A stretch of 59,013 nucleotides of DNA, counting the filler, from Dimargaris cristalligena (Eukaryota), in NCBI GenBank assembly GCA_003614675.1. It is 5 parts of 5 records of this genome, joined end to end, with 100 filler letters (N's around TTAATTAATTAA, not from the genome) between each part and the next. Parts side by side here need not be neighbours in the genome. Positions count along the whole stretch, not along the records: positions 11,852 to 23,601 come from ML003089.1; positions 23,702 to 35,446 come from ML003090.1; 3 more parts are not named here. One strand, given 5' to 3'. This document shows positions 11,988-25,997 of the stretch, piece by piece (position 1 is the first letter of the stretch; the number at the start of each line of letters is the position of its first letter). A program made the translations under genes and the position numbers. Below the pieces are notes generated by a model. That model did no database searches. It had not been told where the DNA came from and saw only the letters and a program-made list of their open reading frames with translations.

Positions 11988-14516
11988 ATGGCGTCGGATC
12001 CCACCACGGTCACTCTAAAGCATCGTCGCAACCCCACTCGACAGGTTCGCCTGAAAAAGATCCAACAACCCCCACCTGACTTGAGTAGTTTAAGCGATTC
12101 CGAACCTGTCGATTCAGCTAGCGAATGCCATTCCCCTCCAACTACTACTCGAAGTGTTCTAAAAGTGCCCCCATGGACTCCGCTCACCCGTCAGAAACCC
12201 CGTACCGCGAATACTAGGGTCCAGGCCGACCCTTCGGAAACCACCCCAGCCCCGGCCCTGTCGATTATCGACCGGAATAGTCGACTAAGCCTCCGCCACC
12301 CCACCGCTCTCCACCGGTTCGCTTCGGTAGCGGAACTAGCCCGCGTACAAGACTCGCTCTTAGCGTGGTACGCGATCCACCAACGCAGTATGCCATGGCG
12401 TATTCCGTACGCAACCACCCCGTCCGATCCGCCGCCGACCCTAACCACCACTAGTCAGTCGGATAAAGCCACAGGCCCCCCACCGGACTTGGCTATAGAT
12501 ATGGATCGGGATCTCGACCTGGCGCAAAGGGCCTATGAAGTGTGGGTTAGTGAAATCATGCTCCAGCAAACGCAGGTGGTCACCGTCCGGGGCTATTACC
12601 AACGCTGGATGGCCGAGTTTCCCACCATCACCCGGTTAGCGGCCGCGTCCCTGGATCGCGTCTACGAGATCTGGACCGGTTTGGGCTACTATTCGCGGGC
12701 CCGGCGGCTCCACGAAGGGGCCCAAAAAGTGGTGACCCACTACGATGGGGGCCGGCTACCCGCCGATCCCGCCGTACTACTAGAGGAGGTACCGGGGGTG
12801 GGTAAATACACGGCCGGTGCTATTGCTAGTATCGCCTACGGCCGACCCGCCCCGTTGGTGGACGGTAATGTGACTCGCGTCTTGACCCGCTGGTTCGCAT
12901 TCGCTGGAGATGTCACGCGCGCCCCGGGGGTTAAATGGACCTGGGCAGCAGCTGAATATGTCCTGCAAACAACCGAACCGGGTCACTGGAATCAGGCGCT
13001 GATGGAATTAGGTGCAACAGTGTGTGCACCCGTTAGTCCTAAATGCAACCAGTGCCCCATTCAGTCGTTGTGTCGGGCTTATAAACAACTTAATGATCCA
13101 GTGGGATTCGGTAAGGATGTGGATATCTTGGAAGCAGGCTTACCCGATATCGAAGAGTGTCAGTTGTGTACATCCGCTGATTCGGAAGAAGGCGGGTTAG
13201 AACTTAAACTTAATATGGCACATTACCCATGCAAGCCCCAGAAGAAGCCGCCGCGGGAAGAAGGTAGGACTAGCGATGAATCTGTGTAATAGACACGGCT
13301 TAGATGTGGTATTATACCAACAATATACACGTTATCCGGCAAATAATGCTAACCGCGGCTCTTTTTTGCTTTACGCTGCACCCAAAAGAAAATACCCTAA
13401 CATCACAGATTTTTAATGTATATATTTTACCTCCCTCTTTCATTAATACCGGCCTATAATCGGACATTAGAAACTGTATGGTTTATAATAGAAGCAGTAC
13501 AACATCAATCAGAATCAGATCACTCAAACAATAGATACCTTCTAGTAAAACGGCCAAGCGAAGGTAAGCCACCTTGTAATTATAATCCATACATTGGTGA
13601 CTGCACACTCCCCTCTCCATCTGCACTGTTGCTATTTAGTAAAGATCAGTGTTGAACAGAAACCTTACACGCCACCTACCCTTTAAATCTTTAAATATGA
13701 TGTTTCTATTTTCACTATGCTACTTACACAGGACTTTTGGCCAATTTATGGGAACCAATCGCCATAGGCCTACCTGAGCCAGCTAACCAATACTTCTCAA
13801 CCATAGCCTCCACCAGCCCCACCAAGCAACTCAAAGCCGATTTACTAGACGCTTTAACCCATTCGATATCCCAGGTTTTGATTTCACTTTCGGGTATTAC
13901 CGCTGCTACTACTCATGCTGGCGATCCGTTCCCCAGCCACCTGGCAAAACCCGAAAGTGCCGCCTACCTTGGACCAGTGGCCCATACATTTTCCCATATC
14001 CGTATGGTTTATCACGTTTACCACCAGCGAATAGAACTGACCCCGTCCCTATTTAAGCAACTACGGACTACCGGCCAGCTGCTCACCCCGGCAAACCGAA
14101 TCAAACTGGATATGTCCGGAAAATATAACTGGGCGGCGGAGATACTTAACCAGGCCCAGGACCGGGAATACCGTTGGGTTGATTCCACGGAACTCGCCAC
14201 GGCAGCATTACCTACGGCGGTTCTAAAGGCCTTTAAGTGGGTACTGCCGAATCCTAAAATAGATCCGCTCGAGAATGGCTTGAAGGTAAGTCGCTTTATG
14301 GCCTCTTGGTTAGTATAAAAAGAGACGGGATATTATGCTTTTCCACCCAGCACACATTTCTCTCGCTGAGAATATTCTCAATTCTCCAAAACCTAGAAGG
14401 TATTGCTAATCATCTTACAACGACACCACCACACTTCATGATATGTATCTTCTATATTTGCAACCTTTGGTTTTTAGAAAACAACCCGACTCGGAAAACG
14501 CAAGCCAAAGGACTGA
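11988..14516 (+). CDS. MUTYH: A/G-specific adenine DNA glycosylase (MutY/MUTYH/Myh1)
   Basis: Exons 11988-13263, 13471-13563, 13732-14285, 14478-14516. Motifs RSMPWR, VWVSEIMLQQT, HhH VPGVGKYTAGAI, VDGNV, 4Fe-4S C-x6-C-x2-C-x5-C, NUDIX-like GLLANLWE and HTFSHI. Confidence 0.93.
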
Positions 14517-15052
14517 GACACCTGGTGACCATTTATCATTATTATTTTGAACACAAAGCAATGTATAGTAAATATTTGACTGGCTTTATTAAGGAGTGCG
14601 ATTAGCAAAGTGCTACATAATAAATGGATCGCTTGATCAGGTGTATGTGGTTGCTATATATATATATAAAAAGAGAGAGGTAGGGCAAAGGGGGGGGAGG
14701 ATGGGTTATGTATATATATATAAATAGTTTAGCAGTAAATAGCCGCGGGTAACGGAGGAGACTAAAGCGCAAGTATACAAAACTTAGGGGAGAGGGAGAG
14801 GGAGGGTTAAATAAACAACAAATCAGGTTGAGGTGAAAACGAGAATAGGGGAGTACCTAAAAGCAAATAGTTATCTGTAAGTAAATGAAAGGCACATGCA
14901 ACAAGCGGGATGAAAGACGCTGGGGAAAGGGGAGAGAGTACAATTGGCAACTGGGAAGAAAACAATGAGAGCAGTAAAACTGGGTAAAAGGAAGGAAGGG
15001 GGGATGGCAGACATTGCCGGTAGGGAGTATGGCTTAAGAAACGAAGTAGCCT

Positions 15053-16660
15053 CTACTGGAACCATTTAACGATTTCGTTGGAAAGCCAGTCGGCGGAGGT
15101 GTAAACCAGGTTGTGGTCACAGCCATCGGGACAAACGACCGACCGAACGTTCTGGGACAGGGTTTCCACGTACAAATCGCGCTGGCGACGGAGTACGTTC
15201 TGCTGGGCCTGGGTCACACGACACTGGTATCCTTCACTGTCTTCGGCGCTGGCGTTACAGAGGTGGTCGATGGTCTGGTTGGCCGCCACGACCAGGAGCG
15301 GGAGGTCGGGCGAAGGAGGGTCGGCCGGTAGGGGCTTAGGCAGAGCGGGCCAGGTGAGGGGCCAATCCTTGATGCGCAGATAAGTGGTGGTGTTTTGGTC
15401 CCGGAAGCTCTGGAGAGCCTGGTAGCCGCGGCAACCACAGCCGTCGTATTCAAAATAGCGGGCCTGCCAGTGGTTGTTGGTGGAGTGCAGGGAGATGTGT
15501 TCGGTGAGGCGGTCGGAGGGCTGGAAACCGGGGAAGTCGTTTTCGATGGGACGCTGCCAGCCGAGGGGGCTGATCACACGCCGCGACTGGTAGTAGTGGG
15601 AGTTGCTGGCGGTAACGTCGTCGTAGATGTCACTCGAGGTCTCGTTCATGGCATAAGCGTAGAGGAAGTCCTTGTTGGGGTAACTGTCGATGAGACCGAC
15701 GCCGGACACGAAGGTAGGGTAGATGTGGGTAAAGAGCTGGGCGTATTCACCCCCCGCACCGTAGCCCAACATAATATAGGGGGACTTCTCCTTCACGCTG
15801 TCAAGGGCCTGCTTGAGCGAGTGAACCACGTAGGCGGGAGTCTGGACCACATAGCCGGGTTCGCTCCAGCCATAGCCAGGGCGATCGTAGAGACAGACTC
15901 GACGGTTGCGGTTGCTGAGCGACGACTGCAGAGCCACCAAGGTGGTCAGGGGATTGCCCTCATCATTGGAAATGACATACGTGGGTTTATCCGAATCAGT
16001 GGGGCCCACACAGTGGACGTGGAACGCGTAACTGCCGGTGCCATTGACACTGACGTCAACGAGGGAACCAGGGGCGGTGTAGTTATGGCGATCCGACGCC
16101 AGCCAAATGCCCTGGAAGGCCAGGAAAAAAACAAAGATGAAGATGAACAGCAGCGACACGGCAAAGAAGACGGTGTCGAGCAACATGCAGCACAGGTCAT
16201 CGGCGGCGGATTTTTCAGCAATGAGACGATGGTGCGGAATATCCATGATGGAGTCGACGAAGTAGCCGCGCCGGGCCCGCATACTGTAAATGAGGCAGAT
16301 TAGGCCACCACCTAGCCAGGTGAGGGCCCACACCGCGGTACCGTATTCCTTGATGGACATGTACGCCGCAAAGACCATGATGGTGCATATCACAACAAAG
16401 AGCGAATACGCGATCCAGACAATGGGGGAGTGCAGTACCCGAGTGGCGGAGTATTCACGGGAGACCACAAAGAGGGCCTGGAGCACCACGACGAAACCGA
16501 CGACGTTAATCCACATGTTGAGGTATTCGTTGCCAGGTACGATGCGGTCCACGGCGTTGGTGGCCTTCGCGGAGTATACGATGATAGCCACCAGGTGCAT
16601 GACCAGGAAGAGGAGGGCGGTCACCCCGGGGATGGACAGGAGCGTCGACTTGCGCCGCAT
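15053..16660 (-). CDS. Multi-pass membrane protein with C-terminal alpha/beta-hydrolase fold, 535 aa, intronless
   Basis: About five N-terminal hydrophobic helices. Hydrolase motifs HVHCVG, RVCLYDRPGYGWS, LGYGAGG, VSGVGLID and C-terminal CDH. Strong codon bias. Confidence 0.85.
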   Translation of the reverse strand: MRRKSTLLSIPGVTALLFLVMHLVAIIVYSAKATNAVDRIVPGNEYLNMWINVVGFVVVLQALFVVSREYSATRVLHSPIVWIAYSLFVVICTIMVFAAYMSIKEYGTAVWALTWLGGGLICLIYSMRARRGYFVDSIMDIPHHRLIAEKSAADDLCCMLLDTVFFAVSLLFIFIFVFFLAFQGIWLASDRHNYTAPGSLVDVSVNGTGSYAFHVHCVGPTDSDKPTYVISNDEGNPLTTLVALQSSLSNRNRRVCLYDRPGYGWSEPGYVVQTPAYVVHSLKQALDSVKEKSPYIMLGYGAGGEYAQLFTHIYPTFVSGVGLIDSYPNKDFLYAYAMNETSSDIYDDVTASNSHYYQSRRVISPLGWQRPIENDFPGFQPSDRLTEHISLHSTNNHWQARYFEYDGCGCRGYQALQSFRDQNTTTYLRIKDWPLTWPALPKPLPADPPSPDLPLLVVAANQTIDHLCNASAEDSEGYQCRVTQAQQNVLRRQRDLYVETLSQNVRSVVCPDGCDHNLVYTSADWLSNEIVKWFQ

Positions 16661-18561
16661 GTTTTGGGGGTTCTTTTAAAAGAAGAGGGGGACGTGAATC
16701 TATTGACGGACTATATGCGCGGTTAAATAAGGTGGGCGGAGTTCGAAATGAGCCGAGGGGAATAGAAAGGCAGAAGCGACCGGTGCCGTCAATGAGCCGA
16801 AACTTGCGGACTTGCGGGGCCGTCTTTGGATAATAGGTGCAAGGATAGGAGTTAGGACGGGAGGAAAGGAAAGGTAAGAAATCAAGCGAGCAAGGCGGGA
16901 GGAAGGGGGATAGAAGAGAAGAAATAGCGAGAGAGATCAAGGTTATTTAGGCGAAAGACTGCAGCCAGGGTATCGAATATCAAGCAAGGCCAGCAAATAC
17001 ACTGTGGACGCGCAGGCGGGCCAGGGGTGACTATATATGCAGTCTCGGTACCCTGGCCCATGCAAGGCTGACGGGCCAATCCACACTCCGACACGAAGTA
17101 CTACCAGTAGCACTCTTATTGTTATTATTATAATAGCTGCCATTCACCCGGGCACGCGTCGCGTCCTGTTGTGTACCACTAAAAAATAGATGATGGGAAG
17201 AGGGATCGTCGCCCTTTCATTATTTAGCCCTGCGTGCGGCAAGGCCTCTCTCTCTCTCTTCTTTGGAATTCACTGTTCCTCCCCTTCTTCACTCAGCCGA
17301 ATCTTCACCAGGGCCAGTGGAGTTTCCTCATGACGGACCCTGCGTCTCTACTGCCCTTCCCCCGGGTTCTCTCTCATTAAGCAACAGGCAACCCATGCAA
17401 CCAAGCAGTGAATGCACTTGCTGTAGTTAGTGTATATTCCCCGAAACAAACCCATACCTGTCAATAGAGATGTTTATACCCCCTTTGACTAGACGATGGA
17501 AACGGATCCTATAATGGGTACAAGACCGGCCCACGAGGGAGGGGGGGTTTATAGGAAATAAACCCTTAGTTGAACCATACAAGTTACCACTACCGCACCT
17601 GAATTAAACCGATTTGTCGCTAGTACCTTCCCTCGCGTTATCTATAAATAAACTGCCATCACTGCATTTCATTTGGAAAATTACACCACCTAATTCCACT
17701 GATTGGCGAAAGGGAGGAAGGATGTATTCGCCGATGAACCGATTGTTAATACAGTTTATGACGTTTATTTCATTGATCTAAATCCATTGCCGAACTATGG
17801 TTTGTCATTGTTCAACGAAATGTCGCCTGCACTCGTATTAAAACAAATGCTGCAACTGTTGTACCTGGGACATATCGGCCCTCAAGGCAATCCTGATATA
17901 TAATCCACTTAGTTACTAACATACAACCCCCACTGGCAAAGTGAGGTAGACGAAGGGGAGATTGGGCAGTTCTATGGCCACTCAGTCGGTAGTTTACTTT
18001 TTCACCTCATTTCATTTTAGTCGTTGACCCACCAACACGAACAATAATGGTGCTCAGGTAATTCACAATTGGGCCAAGTGAGCTGTTTTGGTATTCTCGC
18101 CAACCATGATGGAGCGGAGGCTGCCCCGTTCCCACAACCAACCGTTCGTTGTACAAACGATCGCCTTGTATCACCCCATCCATATGTTTTTAACTTCAAT
18201 CAAACCCAACTCCGACTGTAATCTCGCCTCCACTTCCCCATCAAGGTTCTTTAACGGCGGGACAATCATTGACCCTCCTAGACCTATAGCCATTACGCGT
18301 TGGTTTCTCAGGCGAGCGCGTTTAATATGCGCAGTTTCTTTAACATCAATTTACCACACCCGCTGTAATATGGCTATACCCTAACGTGGTCAATTGCTGT
18401 AATTAAATACTGCAACCGAGGGCTTTACGGACATCCTTGAAGCCCTTTAAGTTTAAAGCCATCCCAGCTCGAGCGAGATATATATACATATACCCACCAC
18501 CTTTATTACTATTAAAAAATAACAGCAGCGCCCAGTATGGGTTTACCATGATTTAAAATAG

Positions 18562-18633
18562 CTCCGAAACGGGGAATTGAACCCCGACCGTCACGGTGAG
18601 AGCGTGAAATCCTGACCATTGGACCATTTCGGA
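18562..18633 (-). tRNA. tRNA-Glu (anticodon CTC)
   Basis: Reverse complement folds as TCCGAAA/TTTCGGA acceptor stem, D arm GTCC-AATGGTCA-GGAT, anticodon arm TCACG-CTCTCAC-CGTGA and T arm CGGGG-TTCAATT-CCCCG. A T-run lies downstream. Confidence 0.96.
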
Positions 18634-19503
18634 TATCCGTTAAAATTATTATTAGAATCTATTATACTTATAATAGAAAAAAATACTTGGAACCTGGTAC
18701 CTGAAAATACCCTGGTGCCGTTGATTGGCATTAGTATCACTTCAACTCCCCACCTTCACTCTTACCGGAAAAAATGCTATGCATTTTCGAAATGTTTACT
18801 GATTCACGGTCAAACTTATTGCCTCGCCAATAATTTCCTCTCCATCCCTTTCGAATCACGTCTTATTGGCCTTATCAATTACGAATGTACAGTGGGGGCC
18901 CCCATTGATTTGCTATTGCCAGTGTGTTGGCCATAATGGTATCAGTTCATTTTATTCTGTAAGTAATTTAGAGAGGGAAGTTAATTTCATAATCATCTCC
19001 CATTATCAGTGTACAAGTCTCCTTAACTTACTGCCGACCCTATGAGCTGATTTTCTTAAATTGAACCATCTCATGTAACTCTAAATATACAGTAGCTTTA
19101 GTTCCCTACTCTATTTTTGTAGTACATTTTCTCCGGGGTTTCAATTATTTGCATATTTAAATGACCAGTATTGTCTGCCTACGACTATACCACGCAAGTT
19201 ATTTGTCTTTTCTTTTTTGTTTTGCCGTCATGTCTCATATATTTCTATTAATTTTATAAGTAGTTGCCTACCTAGTATACAATGGGCTACTCATTAAACC
19301 TGTGAGACTATTTACATGCCCAATTTATGTGACTTCATGGAATCGAATCGTCTAAAAGTAGAGTTTGTTGGTCAGAAATGATCATTTATTATGCAATGGA
19401 TTTATGGTAATGAAATGTAACATATCCAGCTTTTGACACATAAACGCACAAACATGCAGATGCACACATATATACATATATAGATAGATAGGTAGATCTA
19501 GAT

Positions 19504-22500
19504 TTATATAATACCGACTCGGCGAGTAATATACACCACTATAATGGCACTTATCAATAAAATGGTCACAATCGTATGGAACCACGTCAGATCCCCCGAT
19601 TCCTGACCGGGTACGGGTACGTTCATACCCCATAGACCGGTGACCAAATTAAGGGGCACTAGAATCGACGCCAAAGCACTGAGTTTAGCGACCACATCAT
19701 TGGTCCGGTTCGACGCCTGGGTGATTTCGAAGGATATCTGGGCCAGATAATTAGCGTGGGAACGGGACAGGATGGCCTCGTAGTGATTGGTGTTTTGAAT
19801 CATGGTTACCAAGTGATCCTGAATATCACCGAGGTACAGTCCCGTTTCGTTCATGTTGAGTAGACTGGTTCCCCCGCTACTACCGCCACCGACCTGGCCC
19901 GTGGTACTGGTTCCATTGCCACCGTTCATGGCGGAAGTCTCAAATCGTTTCATAAGTGATTTGACCACGTCCGGTTTAGCCGTGAGCAGCCGGAGTAACG
20001 AGATGACCGTCTTGCGCGCCAGTCCGATTCGCCGGAGCATGTCCGACTGTTCGGATTCATTAAGAATGAGGACCAGTTCGTCGACCGAGTCGACCTCCCG
20101 TTCCACGAGCCGTATGACCGGCTGGAAATGATCGGTGATATCGTCAATGAGGGCATAGTTAATCCAGTCCGGGGTGATACTGGCCCCCTCCATCATTTGC
20201 TGAATCCGGCGGAGTACGTTACGGGGGTGGGGGTTGGCATGGCTATGAAAGGATAGGATGCCTTCCTTGAAGACAATCATGTACATGGGCATCGGGTCCA
20301 AGTAGCCGTCGTTGGATGGGTCCATTTCGAAGGTACGGAAACTGATGAAGTAGTAGTGCCGGAAGATTTCGCATTTTTCGCGGGCGTCTTCGGTCAGAAT
20401 GTCTTCGGCCGTAAGGGGATGGATACGGAAAAACCGGCTTAGTAGGGTCATGTCCTTGTCCGTCGGACTGTGGACATTGATCCAGAAGCAACCCTTGGAG
20501 GAGGTGAGGAGGTCCTCCAGCGACATGTCAGGGGTTTGGAGGTCGATCATCTCCCGTGAGCGGATGGTGCCGATATTAGGCGAGAAATAGGTGAATCGGT
20601 AGCTAGGGTCTAGGAACTGGGGAGGAAAGTCAGTGTAGGTAATATTTCAACGATGCAAGCAGTATTGGGTAAGTATTAGTATATAGGTTTGAGAGAAACT
20701 AATATGTCCCTGCTTTATATCGGTAATGGTGCATTTCACGGCATTAGAGTACCACTGCATAGTCACTAAGGAATGGAAGTGCAGTAAATCCTCCGAAACC
20801 CCTGATTATATCCTGGCGATGATCCACACCCACTTACCACTTCATCGTCCACGTAGCTCCGTTCGACGTCCATATCCCACAGATCTGTGTAGCTCGTATT
20901 CAGCGTATTAATTGGTTCACCGTCGGGTCCATTGGGGGTTTCGGCGTAGTTATCGTGGCTCTTGCTAGGTGGAATATCTCCAAACTGTGTAAAATGGCGA
21001 ATGGCCTGCCAGTCCGGTGAGCTGCCTGGTTTCGGTACCCGCGATCCCCCACCTCCCCCCGCCTTACCCAAGTCACCCATATTCGGAGCAAACACTACAC
21101 TAGACCGCCGACTCATCCGACCCACCGAGGCATCGGACAAGTAGCCGTTGGTGACCCGCAGGCGGTTCTGCTGCTGCTGTTGGTTAGACGGGGAGTGGTG
21201 CGATTCATGGGTGTCCACTAGGGGTGCAGCTTCTTTAAGGGCGGACAGGGCCGGTGACCAGTCCGGGGTCGAATTGACCAGTGGTGAACTCGTATACCGG
21301 AGGCGATCGGGGGCAAAGCGAGGGGGCCGGCGGGCCCGGAGGGTTGCGGATAGGGATGAGGGTACGAGTGGCGGGCGGCCAGTCGAGACGGATCCCCCGG
21401 GAGAGCTGTCCCGCCCCGCCCTAGGTTCTGGATCCGGTGATATTGGGTGAAATAAGGTTGTTGGAGTTTCCCCTTGGGCACAGTGGGTGAGCCGACAGTC
21501 CGGTCCGCCATTAATGGTATATGCCTGAATATTTAAAGGGTTATTGGGGGAGGTGGGAGTGCCGTGACCGGTCACCAAGGGTGTCGTTTCGGAGGGCTGA
21601 GTCGAGGCGGAACAAACCCCGTGTCGACCGGCTGAAGGGGGCACTCTGTCATTATGATTATGATTATGGCTATGGCTGTGGCTGCTGATTGAAGCGCCCA
21701 TGACTGACTGAGATCCTCCATCGGTACCCATTTCGCTGTCCCCGGGCAAACTGAAGCGTGGGACGGGGGATGGCGAGCGTTCCCGGGGGGATAATTTCGA
21801 CGATTGGTTCGAGACTGTGGTTGACCGGGTCGTCGGGGGCGATCCATGTTGTGCCGTATGACTTTCGGAGGGCACGGTTGTAGTTCCCCGGCTCTGGTTT
21901 TGACCCACTCCGACGGGGCCTCCCCTTTCCCTTTCCCCGCTCCTCGTACCATGCTCCTCCCTGGACGTTGGGGCCGCTGCCATGGCGGTTCGTACCGTTT
22001 CCGACTTATTCCAGTAGTGCCACCGCGCGGGGTTACGGCGAATGGTACATCCGTGGGAATTAGGCCTTCGGTGCCGTTGGGAGGCCCTGCTGGTCGCACC
22101 GTAGTCCACTGAACAGCCCCCCATCTCAATTTGACCATTTCCCAGTGGTGGGGGATAGACGGACTGGTGCGCACGGTCCGCAAACGACGGGGGGAACCAA
22201 GCCCGGTGGGGGCCTTCCCCCGGACGGTGGGCCGAGGTTGGGACATCGGGTAAAGACTGCCGGGACTGTTGCCTCGGTAAGTGGCCCCAATTGACCCCGG
22301 CGCTGCTATCGGCGCGTGTGGTTCGCTGACTACTCCGACCCAGCAGGGAACGGTCCCGTGAAGTAGGGGCCCCGGGGAGCGATGCCACGGACTGAACTAA
22401 ACGGGGCCATTGGTCACTATCGCTATCGCTACCATTACCGTCGTCGTCGTCATCGGTGCTGTCCGTTTCGGAATGGTCGGAATGGACCCGACCGTGGTGG

Positions 22501-22712
22501 ACCTCGTCGCCTTCGGGTCCCGAGGAGTCGGAACGGGCATGCGAGTGGGAATGCAGACAGGCAGTGGAATGGGGCCGCCGAACCCGGGTAGGACTAGTTT
22601 GCAATGTGGGGCGGAGAAAGGGTCGTTGTTCGCCTGTTTCGCTATCGTTCTCCGAGCTGGCGGGACAGTCATTTGTAAACGGTCGGTCGCTAGGTCGCGT
22701 CTTGGGGGACAT
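19504..22712 (-). CDS. CorA-family Mg2+ transporter (ALR1/MNR2 type) with long disordered N-terminus
   Basis: Exons 22712-20838 and 20616-19504 (GTAAGT..CAG). Motifs FRIHPLTAEDI, REKCEIF, WINYALIDDITD, LYLGDIQDH, and GLWGMNVPVPG between two TM helices. Confidence 0.92.
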
Positions 22713-23601
22713 GTTGGTTGGAATATGGCTGTGTGTGTGCGTATATGCGGGTGTAATGCAATCGTCAGTAAAATGCGAAAGGTGAATGCTTTCGAGGTAG
22801 TGGTGGTGGCTAAGGGTAGCTAGTATATATATATATATATATACTTGACGGAATGCAATAGAGACGCTAGTCACAAAATAATAAGTAGTAGGAAAATATG
22901 GACCAAAGTGGCTAAAGCTTGATAAGGTAATAGGTGAGAGTAGAGTAAAAACCAAGTGAAACCAGCAATAGTCCAAGCAGGGGGTTTCGGGGTTTAGTAT
23001 CTAAGGGGAAGGTGAGGATATATGAAAGTAAGCGAAAGGGCTGTGTGGGGGAATGAGCAGTGAAAGCACGCTGGGCGCGCGATAAAGGGCTCTCGTAAGG
23101 ATAATTGGGGGTGTAAATAAACGAAGCAAAACCAAGAAAAGTAAGAAAGAAAGAATCTCTTCGACCTATGTAGGGGGTTCCCTACTCTATTAACTCCCAA
23201 GGTAAACTTCAATAATAGGCGGGCGCCAAGGGTGGAGAGAAGTCTCATGAAGGGCCGATTTAATCTTGATAGTGAATAAGTCGTTTCCCGCTCAAAGAGG
23301 AGGAGGGGAAAGGTATTCTGAAACTCCATTGGTAACAATGGACGTTGCTCTCGCTTAAAGATGTCCCCGCTTCCTTCCCTTTTCGAAGGGCCTCTCGGTT
23401 TAAAACGACTTTCCCCCTATTATCCACCCCATTCTATTCCCTTCGTTGGGCCTCATTTATATATCTCTCTCTTCCATTGGGCGACCTAGTAATATAAAGG
23501 GAGAAGTAGGCGAATCCACTACTCCATGTATTGTAAAACCAAGAAATCCCCCTACAGGAGAGAGGTTCAGTCCAGCAGCCATATATATAACGAGAAATCC
23601 T

Positions 23602-23701
23602 NNNNNNNNNNNNNNNNNNNNNNNNNNNNNNNNNNNNNNNNNNNNTTAATTAATTAANNNNNNNNNNNNNNNNNNNNNNNNNNNNNNNNNNNNNNNNNNN
23701 N
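23602..23701. other. Artificial contig spacer
   Basis: N44-TTAATTAATTAA-N44. Confidence 0.98.
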
Positions 23702-25997
23702 TTTTTAGTTGCATCTGAAGGCACTTGCGTTTACTATTGAATTCATATTTCCAACACAGTCGACATCTAGACCACTTAGAATAACAAAACGACTGAAATG
23801 ACCATAGTATCGGGAAGAAGAAGGGAACATTGGTGGATGAAGGGGAGAGGAGAAAGGAGGAGGATCCACAGGCACTGAAGTGTTGAATTAATGGAGAAAG
23901 GGGGTGGATAGACCAGGAATGGCTCATTTATGGCTAATAAATAAAAGTATATTAGGGGTAAATTTGGGCAGAAGTCCACCGAGTTTTCAAATAGGGGGAA
24001 ATCAGCCTTGGTGTATTATTGTTTTCGGCGGTGCAATCATTACCGCCGGCCACTAAAGGGAGCAAAGAAAGAGAGAGAGAGAGAGAGGGTTATAATAGGC
24101 CAGCATAATATATCACCAATGAAAAAGGGGGTTAGTCCAGGCCCGGATGCCCATCACTGCGAATCAGGTCGGGGAAAATAGGAAATGTGGGCGGCGGGAT
24201 ATATACATGTCCGGCTAAACGGTGAAGGGGGGGGCAGTGGCGGTCAGTTGGTATAGGCGAGGAGGAGGGTGTCTTCTTCTTGGGGCCTAAGGAGGGGAAG
24301 AGGGGCACAGTAGAAACGGGGGAGGGAGGGATTTCTCTGCCCACCTACCTACCTAGCACACCCCCCTCGTTAACGGGGTCAGTCTAGTAAGAAGCGTAGC
24401 ACAGGGTAAGTTGAAGCGGCGAAGGCTGTGTGGGATACAGAGCCACCGAGCATCGCGCAGATCGGGTCGGGCTGAACCGGGGGGCCCTGATTGTGACTAG
24501 GTTGACGCTTCACACATTCTCTCTCTCTCTCTCTCCTTTCCCCTTGTCTGCTGGGGGGGCCACCCATTGGGATGGCCTGGCAATTTGGGCCCCAGGTTTA
24601 TTATTAACTGGGACCCCGCGAGTGAGGGGGAGGGCACAGGGAGGGAGAAAGAGAGAATTGATGGGGTGTGGGAGAGATATGTGTGCGCATGGATGGGCCC
24701 CTCTTCTCAGCTCTTTGAGAGATGGCCGATAGTTTTAGTTTATTTTATTCTAATTGAATTTCCATCTTTCTCTTCTGTTTCTGGGTCATGTATAATCGGG
24801 GAGATAGTAGAGGGGGAATTAAAGTGAGCCCCAAGACCAGTCTGGTGCGGTGTGCCAATATTTTGGGGGTTTTCGGTTCGGCGCGTCTAGGTAGGTAGAA
24901 ATGGGGCTAAACGGGTGGACAGTGGGGGAACCCCAAAGCAATACTAGTGCTGATAATAGCAATAATTGCCCTCATTTTCCAAAACATGCCATAGCCAGAA
25001 ACTCAGCCGTGTGACTTCTGCGGAATGGCAACCCCGGCGAGTGTATACGAAAAGCTTTGTTTATCGGGATATTTAGGCGGATATCCCTCTCTGTCGCCTC
25101 GAATTCTCATCATCCGATGTCTTCTACCCTTGGTCCGTTATTATTCCTATTCGACGAGACACCACAGCGTATAGAAGAGAAGGAAGGGGCGTTTTGGTTA
25201 GTAGGGCTCTTTCTCTTTGGCTTTTCTTCTCATCGCGTGCTCACCCATTACCATGTTTTTTTCAGCTGGCGCAAGGTACGACGGGAAACAGGGGGGGAAC
25301 GCGGTTGTTCCGGCCGCCCTAATCCACTCCCCAGCAGAGCAGTATATGCGCCTACAATCACCACTACACTAGCGCATACACTCACTCAGCGTGGCCCTGT
25401 AGCATACACCCACCCCCGCCAACGGTTAAATGCTTTTTTTGCCTGTTCCAAGCTAGCCCAACTCTCCTTTCTTTACTATCTATTTATTATTTTCACCCAC
25501 AAGTATCTCTCGCCGAAACTGAAACTTTGCTCATTTTAACCACGCTGACTGGGTGTTGTTTCTCCCTCACCTCCTTTTGTCGTCTCTTGTTTCGTGTTGT
25601 TATTATTGTTGCTGGTTTATATGGTGGCCCGTTTGTTGCTACAACTCCACTGTTATTAGTATTAGCAGTGCCCCCTTTTTCACTGCACCCCCCGTCCTCT
25701 CTCTCTACCCCACTGCCCGATTCCCTTCACTCCGACTTCGGCATTGCCCTTCCAAATTTGCCACCCCCGTCTCCCCATTTTCGTCACATTCCAAGCCAAT
25801 ATTGCTCCCCCCCCTTTGGAGACCAACAATCGCTTGGTACTCTGTTGCTGCTACTGCTTGCTCAATAACTACTCCTTATCTAGTGGGTAACTTGGCTGTT
25901 GTTCCACTACTTCTTTTCCTCGCCTTCGTATCGTCTAGCTCCCATTCCACCAGTCTGTACCACCCTCGTGGACTCTATACTCCCTCCTATTAGCGCG

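Noticed and set aside
15395..16303. 302-aa + strand ORF, and similar antisense ORFs over the ALR, GYP1 and DOA1 genes
   Set aside because: These are antisense shadows of codon-biased real genes and have no recognisable motifs.
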